Source: Pyrobaculum aerophilum str. IM2 (lineage in GTDB: Archaea; Thermoproteota; Thermoprotei; Thermoproteales; Thermoproteaceae). Taken from it: a stretch of DNA of 32,000 nucleotides. Shown here piece by piece: positions 16,701 through 25,300 of the stretch. The DNA lies in assembly GCF_000007225.1 (NCBI RefSeq), contig NC_003364.1, positions 450,001 to 482,000 on the forward strand, written 5' to 3'. The notes under the pieces are model-generated. The model was not told the DNA's origin. It was given only the letters and a program-made list of their open reading frames with translations, and searched no databases. Position numbers and translations under genes: made by a program. The stretch's first letter is position 1; every line of letters starts with the position of its first letter.

Positions 16701-17316
16701 CGAGATCAACCCCCTTCGGCAACGCCAAGAGAAATCTCACGTAGAGCGCGGCCGCGCCCTGTCTTGTGGAGATAACCCTCAACAAGTCTTTCCACTGCTG
16801 GGCTTGTTGTAAATACCACGCCACAACAGCGCTATACTTATACCAATCATAAACCTTATCTTCACCCAGACTAAAGGGGTCTACTTTGTAAAGCCTCTCA
16901 CTGAAGTATTTTGATGGAAAGTAGTAAACGCCTGTGGCGACAGAAGCCATAGCCTCCGGCGTTGCCTCGTCGGCCCAGAAGTAGTCGCCAGGCGCCGAGT
17001 CGTATTTAGCGAAGAATATGTGGCCGACTTCGTGGAAGGCCAGCCTTCTGGTATAGCCGGGCTTAAACCGCTGTTCTACAATACAGCCGTTTCCCAAGGC
17101 CGTATAGGCGTCGTATTGAGAGGAGGGATCCACGTAAACTTTATACTTATCCCCCTGACAAGGCGGCGCGGGGTCAAGCCCCTTGTCCTTGTAGTAGCTG
17201 TACGCCTCCTCTAAATAGTTAGCCAAAGTTTGGTCCTCGGGAATGACTACAAAGTGGTCGGTCTCTAAGGCGTATACTACGGCGACTACTGCCAGAAGCG
17301 CAATAAGGAGGCGCAC
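13759..17316 (-). CDS. Giant surface protein: signal peptide, HExxH gluzincin-like head, long sequon-rich beta region, C-terminal TM anchor
   Basis: The track ORF extends to 17466. GTG 17316 gives a canonical signal peptide (MRLLIALLAVVAVVYA/LETDHF), sits 22 nt from the TATA centre, and avoids overlapping the divergent gene. The protein has HEVGH-x17-E (WADEATPE), about 40 N-x-S/T sequons by manual count, and the C-terminus ..PVIFGVVGGLALAVIRRFA*. Confidence 0.8.
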   Translation of the reverse strand: MRLLIALLAVVAVVYALETDHFVVIPEDQTLANYLEEAYSYYKDKGLDPAPPCQGDKYKVYVDPSSQYDAYTALGNGCIVEQRFKPGYTRRLAFHEVGHIFFAKYDSAPGDYFWADEATPEAMASVATGVYYFPSKYFSERLYKVDPFSLGEDKVYDWYKYSAVVAWYLQQAQQWKDLLRVISTRQGAAALYVRFLLALPKGVDLGGVTYRPDMERIEVSPGAVRAYPEFNGYTAVYYEVDVPPGGVLRIAVEGDGANNIVSNIAIGREIVVTNGTILLALVNNSSKTVRPTIVFYYSNIKAKVLSGVYRDGHISVKLYAEYGFQRLSGLAKINGSDIYFSDGIAVYNFTGGLRPYVLRIEYNNTWGYLFLNLTQPRFSVSPTSLYLDVGGWGFINVTISHTNPLAIECTLNGTSRGVAFKPIAVLAPAGNNTYRLYFQVSGTPGEKIDIRCGNWSTSIPVYKPSYKLEFDLDKWRGKLYVQFGSSLLVYNITDLPASINVTFNGYTAAVLALWRPSLNVNLSNPRLNGGLITYNVSINVDGLPWAVFKGTVKIDERLDGNYQGGVFNTTLSLEPGKEKDITIAVGKLSTIVHVKTPSLKIELIPLGAVVEGGKARLLVKINYNIEVVNAPPIVFDGPGLVSASSIQQNLAILTYNFNDTIVIRHKALGGENSVIVRLPRPEFNISLLRGEVTPERFQGEFNVSLKVCNPSVTAKYIVAVGNRSVVLNVQANGCAYNWTLISLTSAYSPSLVFSVNTSFGDLSYRVFAPPPNVTAEIKRWLVNEGGEYVDILLRVKTPAKYTYKVMGRGISGEAVLNITAIAFNGTALVDYGFGALKLFRPGIILEAAPVIVEVNTPYTLNVTLRVPEGLYINATLNVSHSSAVPVALSPGVHKREIFVKSPPFPGAYNLSLRVGPYENYTTVVAYGVYNLTLMAPKAVVVGVPVEVKVVGRVKPLVNISLPLAISGCGNFSKRVPLNGSVVLRFEKPCTASLVAYTNSTRVSAEVKWASLTVEISFERLGTLRGLPVFPARGLSAKALLGGAPVNGTVRIVGDFDKLGYVNYTVYVEYMGVVNKTEFLGFAVPLDNYLAANKTATLLPPDARPYFLFLLEKAVATGDWGLVDGISRLYSNTPTPLTLVARYLVERDLSRGRDPNVEAAEILRRLEPVIFGVVGGLALAVIRRFA
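17020..17034 (-). other. HEVGH zinc-binding motif codons
   Basis: The reverse complement of 17020-17034 is cac gaa gtc ggc cac. A Glu lies 18 residues after the second His, within WADEATPEA (M1 / Peptidase_MA-like HExxH..E spacing). Confidence 0.7.
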
Positions 17317-17362
17317 GGATAAGCAACGACAATTATATATAAAGGTAACAGGTAAGTAGCCC
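17317..17362. promoter_or_regulatory. 46-bp divergent promoter with a perfectly palindromic TATA (ttatatataa, 17333-17342)
   Basis: The palindrome centre is about 22 nt from GTG 17316 (minus strand) and about 25 nt from ATG 17363 (plus strand). No other AT-rich element is present. Confidence 0.65.
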
Positions 17363-19285
17363 ATGGCCAGATCTGTTCTACTACTCATAGCGGTGGGAAT
17401 AGCCCTAGTAGCCGTATACGTAGTTATGCCGTCAATAAGTAAACCCCCTGAGCTCGCGACGGCCACACCTCCTCCCCCGGTGCAAACAACTCAAAAGCCA
17501 GCGGAGACTACTACGACGCCGCCAACCACAAGCACAGCCGCGGCTCCCCAGACGGTTACCAGTCAGGTGACGGCCAAAGCCCCCGAGCCGGTATACCTCC
17601 CCAAGATAGAGGCTGAGATAATTGCGCCGGCTGTTTTAAACACAACGCGGCTACCTGCGGAAATAAAATTTACAGTAATAATAAAAAACACAGGAAACGG
17701 CACTGGCTCAGTCACAGTGGGCGGGACCCGCTACGTCCTAGCTCCCGGCCAGGAAATTAGGATAAACTCCACCGCCTTGGCGAGCGCCGCGGGTAGCTAC
17801 AGCCTAGAGGCCGTGGTGAACGGGACAAGGCTCGAGAAAACCGTTAAGGTGTTTTACTACGCCCCCCGGCTGGAGGCCTTGCCAGTCGTGATAAACGTGA
17901 CTGAGCTCCCCGCCAATGTTACAATTAAAGTGATGGTGAGGAACACGGGCAACCTCACTGCGAGGGTAAAAGACGTGGAGATTAGGCCGGGAGAGGAGCG
18001 CGTAATAAACGCCAGCCTTACCGTGGAAGCCGCTGGTAATTACGTAGTTGACGTTGACGGAGTTGCAGTGCCGGTAAAGGTAAATTACTACGCGCCCAGT
18101 TTTCAGTGGAAAGTTGGCGGGCCCGGCGAGGTGGAGGCAATCCCCGGCGAGAGCTACTCAGCGTGGCTGTGGGTTAAGAACACTGGAAACGCCACTGCAA
18201 AGCTGTTAATAGACGGCAGAGAGGCAACGCTCCCTCCTGGCGGCGAGCTGAATATAACAAAACAAGTGACCGTCCGAGCCGCTGGGACTTACGCTGTTGA
18301 ATTCCACATCGCCGGCGGCTTAAACGCCACGGTTAAATACGTCATAAGGGCGAAAATTGTGGCGATAAGAGTCCAGTACGTGATATGGGCCCCCCAGCTG
18401 AGGAGGAGCTGGCCCGCGCCGAACTCAACTGAAACGACGTCTATTTCAACGCCCAACAAAACAGTAGTATTATCTTGGGGATATATAATTGAAACAAACG
18501 CCACTAGCAGGACGGTGGTGTTAGTTGTACAAGACGCAGACGGCGTCTATTACTACACGCTGAAGCCGGGGACGTCGGCGGGTAAAAACTTCACCACGAC
18601 GGTGCAAGCGCCGGGGGAAAAGATGCTGGAGATAAGAGTCAACTCAACCGCCTACCGGCTGGGGATATCCCTACAAATAACCCCGCCGAAGGTCACCATT
18701 AAAGATATCTCTAAAATAAGCTTTAAAGACGACAGACCGCTCCGGGGGGTAAAAATCACGTGCAGAGCCGGTAGCGTCTCTGCCGATATACTTCTTGATA
18801 TTTTAAGCATCTCGGGTACTTTGACTTACACGGCGACTGGCAGATCTATCTCGGGCAGTATAACAGTGGCGGCCGCCGGTGGTACTTACACAGGTGACTA
18901 CAGCGGGAAAATAGAAGGCAACGGGGGCCAGATGTCAGTGAACGTAATAGGTCGCAATATTTACGTAGAGTTTACAGTATCTCCCCTGGCTATAAATAGA
19001 GTGCTTGTCGACGGAGTTCCTTATAGTTGTAACGTGCCTATACAGCTAATACCCACTATTCTCTACAGCGGCAAGCCGACGGCAGTAGACGAGCCGGCCA
19101 CACAATACGTCTATAGGTTGATAACTGTGTTTGCCAAAAGCGATAGCGACAAGCCGCAGTCAGTGGTGTGGAACGGGGAATACGTCGAGGTAATAGACAA
19201 AGGGGGGGACGCCATTAGAGTATACTTTAAAGACGGCGCTGTGAGAGTAGAAGGCGCCTTGTCGGCCACACTCGTTATATCTTAA
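17363..19285 (+). CDS. Secreted or anchored protein with a Thr/Pro linker and three CARDB-like repeats
   Basis: 640 aa. The N-terminal hydrophobic segment is MARSVLLLIAVGIALVAVYVV. A T/P-rich linker covers residues ~27-76. Three ~80-90-aa repeats each contain [KR]NTGN-x-T and end near YYAP. I counted at least 16 N-x-S/T sequons in the first ~440 aa. Confidence 0.8.
   Translation: MARSVLLLIAVGIALVAVYVVMPSISKPPELATATPPPPVQTTQKPAETTTTPPTTSTAAAPQTVTSQVTAKAPEPVYLPKIEAEIIAPAVLNTTRLPAEIKFTVIIKNTGNGTGSVTVGGTRYVLAPGQEIRINSTALASAAGSYSLEAVVNGTRLEKTVKVFYYAPRLEALPVVINVTELPANVTIKVMVRNTGNLTARVKDVEIRPGEERVINASLTVEAAGNYVVDVDGVAVPVKVNYYAPSFQWKVGGPGEVEAIPGESYSAWLWVKNTGNATAKLLIDGREATLPPGGELNITKQVTVRAAGTYAVEFHIAGGLNATVKYVIRAKIVAIRVQYVIWAPQLRRSWPAPNSTETTSISTPNKTVVLSWGYIIETNATSRTVVLVVQDADGVYYYTLKPGTSAGKNFTTTVQAPGEKMLEIRVNSTAYRLGISLQITPPKVTIKDISKISFKDDRPLRGVKITCRAGSVSADILLDILSISGTLTYTATGRSISGSITVAAAGGTYTGDYSGKIEGNGGQMSVNVIGRNIYVEFTVSPLAINRVLVDGVPYSCNVPIQLIPTILYSGKPTAVDEPATQYVYRLITVFAKSDSDKPQSVVWNGEYVEVIDKGGDAIRVYFKDGAVRVEGALSATLVIS
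17594..18352 (+). repeat. Three tandem CARDB-like protein repeats (17594-17866, 17867-18097, 18098-18352)
   Basis: The units align by eye: ..FTVIIKNTGNGTG..AAGSYSLEAVV..VKVFYYAP / ..IKVMVRNTGNLTA..AAGNYVVDVDG..VKVNYYAP / ..AWLWVKNTGNATA..AAGTYAVEFHI.. Confidence 0.7.
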
Positions 19286-19295
19286 GAGGAGAGAA

Positions 19296-19307
19296 AACTT
19301 TATAAAC
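19296..19307 (+). promoter_or_regulatory. TATA box of the giant gene
   Basis: aactttataaac is centred about 25 nt upstream of ATG 19327, inside the 41-bp gap after the 640-aa gene. Confidence 0.6.
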
Positions 19308-19326
19308 ACTTTGTATTCAGTGAGTT

Positions 19327-22300
19327 ATGCATAACCAAACAAAGACAGTCCTGGCACTCCTACTGCTAACAACCCTCGCGGCAATTGCATTCGGACAAGC
19401 CCTGCCCTCGGTCTTCGACGTAATACTCCAAATAAACGACGCAAGGGGGGCATACGGCACGGGCTACGACCTCTACGCCCCCTGGATCAAGAGCCTAGTT
19501 AACTACCCGCCCTACAAATTCGCCGCCGGCAAGAACTTCACTTTAATCATACGCGAGACGGCCTCAAGTCCACGATATCCCTCACAGTTCCAAGACTACA
19601 GAGTCTCTGCAGTGGCTAATGACACGGGCTTCGTTAGATTCAATATCAACATACCCGGAGGCGTAGACGTAACTAAAAAGACGAACTGGTACGTGGCTAT
19701 AGTAGTTGAGTGGCCAAGGCCGGGCACGTACTTCCTCATATACAACCAGACTTTCACAAACACGGCATTACTAGAAGTGATTGGAAACTTAAGCGGCAGG
19801 CCTGAATTATCTGGGACAAAGGTTTACACAGGGCCATGGGGCGTTCTCAAAGTAACAAATGGAGCGGGAAGATTCGGCAACTTGTCATCCAGCGTAATTC
19901 ACACCTTCTACATTGGGGTGAATACGCTGGGTAAGCAGTTCACGCTCACCTTTACGAGAACTGTAACAATTGCCGGTACTACAATAACTCTTGACGACAA
20001 CGTTGCCCCGGCCACTGGCCCCACTAATTACGTCCTTCAATACGATCCGTTAGTGACGGCGGTCTTCGGTCCCTTCACATATCTAGCAACTTACGTAACA
20101 TCCCTCGGCAAGGCTGGCACCACTTGGGATACGTACAAAGTAGCAATTGACCCGACACAAGTAGCCTATAATCATTACATCTACATTACAATTGAGGGAT
20201 CAAGGGGAGTAGTTATACAGAGCAAAAACGACGCATTCTCAACGGTCGGCAAGTTGAGATTCGTTGCTCAGACGTTAAACAAGACGGCAGGCCCAGGCAC
20301 CGGCGTCGCCGTGCCGATGTCAGGTGGATTAATTATTTGGAACATGACGATGTATACGGTCAAAATAACCGGCCTCCTTGACTTAAAGGGCAACCCGATA
20401 TTCAACCCGGAGAACTTCAGGTACAAGATCCAGTTAAAAGTCGGCGACAGCTGGGTCACGCTTGACAGGGCACCAGCCTCCTGGAGGCTGGCGCTTGGCG
20501 ATGTAAAAGCCGTCCTAAACCAAGTATGTGGCACTATAAGTTCGATCTCAGACATCATGAACTGCTACAGGACTCTCGGCCCCGATGGCTTTAGAAGGGC
20601 AGTATTAAACCTATACGAGCCCGTTACGTTATCTAGATTAGGCGGCTTGCTCCAGCTGACTAACACAGATGTTAAAGTGTCCACGGTAGATTTAACTACC
20701 AAGCTGGTAGTGGAATACTCTTACACCGCCGGCCAGGACACGGTAAAAGCAATTGTCTTAGAGGTAGCTCTCGCTGAGCCGGCGAACTTCCAAGGAGTTC
20801 TTAACGTATCGGTCTTACCCATTCAAATAAGGCTTTGGCGTTGGAGTAATTTATCACTACCTCCCGCAGTTCCAATACCCAGGGAGTACTTCTACACAGA
20901 TCCGCTTGACTTGGCGTCGTTGAGATTTGAAGTCAGCGGAGATCCAATGTATCTCAACAGAATGGCCTACGACGGCGCTGTAACATATGACCCGTGGCTC
21001 GGCCAAGTGATATGGACTTTGCCGCCGTATCAGCCAGCCCCCGGCTTAGTGGGTAACGTAAGGGCGTCATTACTCTCTCTGTTCAACGCCAGCGGTTATT
21101 TGCCCATGCCGACACTAGTTGCCAACTTAACCACTGGAGGCAAGATAGAGTACTTCAACTACACAGACGCAGCTGCTAATGGAGATTACTTCTACAAGTT
21201 CCAAATAGGGCTTGTGGGTAGCTACGCCTATAAGTTCAGAATATACAGCGGAGATGTACTAGTGGGCACGGCAAATCTTGTGGCGTACTACCCAATCATC
21301 AACGCATCTGGTCTGTTATTCCACTCAAAAGCTGGCGATGTCTTAGTCGCGCAGTATGACGACAACAATCGTAGAGATATGTATGCGTTGCAAATTGTAC
21401 AGCCGGGCAGATTCTACGACAGAGAACACGTTTTGCACATAGCAATTGCTAGAATATTCCAGAACATATTAATGCGCGACGCCTGCGGCAATCCAGTTTA
21501 CGGAGTCTCGGCCGGCCTAGCGGGCGCCAGCCTCTCGCTTGTAATTAACATCGGCGGGAAGAACATAACTATTGCCAAGTTGCCGGTTGGGAGCGAGGTT
21601 CCAGTTGATATTATGGTGCCAATTGACGAGTGGGGCAACCCGCAACTTGACATTAAAGGAGGCTACGTCAGCGCCTATGCGGTCTTGAACTACTTCGGCT
21701 ATACGTTGTACCCAGTGGATAACTTGACCAAGATCCCAGCCAGCGCCCCGGTGTGGTTCAACATCCCCGTGAAATACGGCGTAGTGAGGAAGCCGGTGAT
21801 CTACTTGCCCATTGCGCCGTTGCTCTTCAGGACTTGGAGCCAAGCCGTTTCTGTAGACTACGACCCGCTGAAGGAGCCGTTAATGGGCTTTGTCGTCAGA
21901 GCCTTTAGCACTGCATCAAACGCCGAAATGGCCCGCAGTATCTCTAATAAAGACGGCTATGCTTACGTGCCGAACGTGCCGATAGGTGTGCCGTTTAAAG
22001 TGCAAGTTAGGACTATTGTGCCCTCCTCTGATAAGCGCTGGTCTTATACATACGACCAGATTAGCAGAAGCAACGACTATGCCTCTTACGCCAGCGCCTT
22101 GGGCTTCTCGCCCGGCGACGATGTCTATACGCTGGGCACGCGCGGATATATTGACAGCGGGCTGGTGGTGTTCGATAAGGTGTTTGTGATAGACTCCTCT
22201 AATGCTACAAAGTACATCTGCGCCAAGCAGGCTATTGACTTGCCGCTGGAGGTTTACGACCTCGTGGTCAGAGTATTTGACAAGACTGGGAAGTATCTGC

Positions 22301-25300
22301 TTAGATCCCAGCCGGTATTCCTCGGGCCCTATCCACAAGCCACGAGGCCGGTTCTCTTAAACGTGACGTTAGTCCTCGCCGACGAGTACAGCCCCTACGA
22401 CAAGGCCTCAATATGGAGAAACTACACTCTCCGCGACTTCAAGATATTGACCGACTACCGCGCCATTGGCATAACTGGCATGAGGAGCATATACCTCAAT
22501 CTGGCGTCTAAGTACTTAGACGTTGCGAAGAAGGCATTAGGATGCCCGAGCTATACGATTGCCAACTACTCGTCTGCGATTAACGCATATGCCCTGGCGG
22601 CCATGGCCGGCTACGTCGCCAATGCGTCCACTGACAGATATGCTGCCGTGTACTTACTGACATCGCAACAGCCAAAGGACATCATTGACCTATGCCAGAT
22701 GAAGCCGTACCAGGCGGGCGCCGCTGAGATAGCGAGGCTGTTCATTAAAGGCCAGAGGCTGAGATTTGTGGTATGGTACATGGGCCAGAAGGTGTTTGAC
22801 GATTACGTAACTATCACAGGGCCGCTTGTGGACATTAAAGCTGATGTATACCCGGTAAACGTAACAACCTACACTAAGAGCATGAGGCTACCTGTAGACA
22901 CCTTCGTCGGCTTTACTATTACTGACGTCTACCTCGGCCTTGCGCTCAACAAGACAGACGGCATGTTCGCAAACAAGTCGCTAGTGCCGAAGTTAATAGC
23001 TCCCTTCGACGAGATGTACAGGACGTACACCTTATCATACCTACTGGCTAATGAGCTCGCCAAGTCTGCAGGACAGCCATACAACGACAATGTGACCGCG
23101 TTCTATTCAACTGGAACGAAAGCCGCCCAATGGCTCTACGGCAGATACATACCCGCCCAGTTTGGAGGCGACTTTGTGTACTTGCCGAACATTATGCTAC
23201 TCCGCAACGCCACCGTTGCCAAATACTTATTTACAACTCTAAATACGTATACGGTAACCCAGACACAATACCGCAAGCCAATCGATATACCTGCTGACAG
23301 CGGCACAGTGCAGGTGCCCGCTTCGCAGAATCTGAGTATTGTGCTGACAGGCGCTAAGATTGTAATAGATCCCAGCTCTAACTCCACCTATGTGAAGCTC
23401 ACGGCATATAACGGCACTGAAAACGTTAACTTGACTCTCAGCGGCTCGCTAGTGTCACTGAACGGATCACTTGTCAGGAACTACCTCAATACTGTGTATG
23501 CAAACTACTCCATTGTTGTTACGGCTACTGCCAAGTGCGGAAGTATACTCATTGTTCCTGGCGATGATGACATTACAGTGCAAGTTACGGTAACTGCCGG
23601 CAACTGTCCCGCCACTGTGACTTACAGCGCCACTAACAGGACCTATAAGATCATCACATTAACGACTCAGTCAATGCCAGGCGTTGAGTATGCTGTGAGT
23701 TTTGACAGGTGGTTCCTTGTACCTTATGACTGGTCGCTTGCCCAGTATAGCATACTGTACCGCGCTACAAACGTTGTGGAGAGGAATGATGTACTAACCG
23801 TGCTGGCGTTCACCGGCAGATCACGCATATGCGCCTCTCCAACTGGCGTCACGACCGCCGGCGAAGACGATCGCTATACCTATGAGCTTAAATTAGCCGG
23901 CGTCCAAGTTGTCAACAACCGCACATTGCGCGTGGAGTTGCCTTGGAAGATTGGAGGTGGCGGTAAGGCCATGGTTAACATTACAGCTTATTTCGCCAAC
24001 GGCACTAAGATTGACTCTGTGGTTTACAACTTAACTCAGATGCTGGCGGACGCCAGGGGCAACACCGTGGTGGTGACGTTGCCGTTGAACTTCGGCAAAG
24101 TCGGGGCCAAGGCGTATGACATCGTAACTTCTGGTGCGACTGTGAGATACGTCATTACTTTTGACATGTACGATCCGAGGAGCGGTCCCAGGTCAGTGTG
24201 CGCTACTACATTGGTGCCGCTGGCGGCCAATTATACCACCGTTTCGATGTATGAATCTCAAGTGCCAGTCGCTCCTGGCGCCGCTGAGCGCATCGACTCG
24301 CAGACTGTAGTTTACGCCATTGATCCCGATCTGTCTGTTCGCAACGGCTTCAACGAAACCTTTAACAAGTACGGAGGCTTCGGAACGCCTATTACATATG
24401 TAGTGAAGTCAGGCGAGGTGGCCTTACTGCCGTCGTGGTACCACAAGACCTCAGTTGCCGGCTCTAGAATTGCCAGAATTTGGATTATTGCCGCCAACCG
24501 CGATCCGGGCCAAGGCCCTGCCTTGGGCACAAAGTACATCAACTACACTTTGAAAGACGACAAAGTAACTATCAACGTCTATAAGTTCGAGAAGTACCTA
24601 GTGGTCAACTATGTGCCTAATGTGAGTCCGGCTGGCTGGACGACACAGACGTACCTAGACGAATTTGACGGTAGCGGCAGGATAATCGGCCTCGGCTTCG
24701 GCACATCTGGCACCAGCGCATTAGTGTTAAGCAACTACACTAAGGTCAATATGTGGAACTCCACTGACATGTGGCTGGCGGGCGGAGTGTTCAAGTTGCC
24801 CACTGTGGCCCTAGACGCGTTGACAGTACAGAACAACGCCGACTTCCCAATTGTGGTGTCCTCGCTGAACGTGAAGTACGGTGATTACAAGTACAACATA
24901 CCCATGTCGCCGTTGCGCGTTGATGCCAATAAGATTGCCACTGCGCTGTTAAACGGCTACGGATTTGGAAGGACGTACATGTTCAATATTACTGACGTGT
25001 GGAACTTCAAGCTCGTACAGCCGAATTACCAGTACGGCCTAAGCGTATACCACGCTGGCCTTGTTGACACGGCTAAGTACTTCGGCCTTGGCGATGTGGA
25101 TGTGACTAAGTACTTGAGGCCGCTTGAATCCAAATACGTCGTGCAGAACGTGCTGTACGCCAGCCACGCCGAGACGAGCGACTGGACGTACAATATCTTA
25201 GGCGGCAAGATAACTGAGACTACCAGAGGCACTTGGGGCAATCTGATAGTTGCGTCCAATGACACTGACTACAAGTACGCATTCACATATCCGACTCTGC

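Noticed and set aside
17317-17466. 50-codon N-terminal extension of the 1235-aa track ORF
   Set aside because: It would overlap the divergent 640-aa gene by 104 nt, run through the shared TATA element, and bury the signal peptide 50 residues inside the protein. GTG 17316 gives a canonical signal peptide at the correct TATA distance.
23563-23657. C-box-like heptamers (gatgatga at 23562-23569 on the plus strand; gtgatga on the minus strand at 23651-23657)
   Set aside because: No correctly spaced CTGA D box or C'/D' pair is present, and both lie deep inside the giant CDS. They are most likely chance matches.
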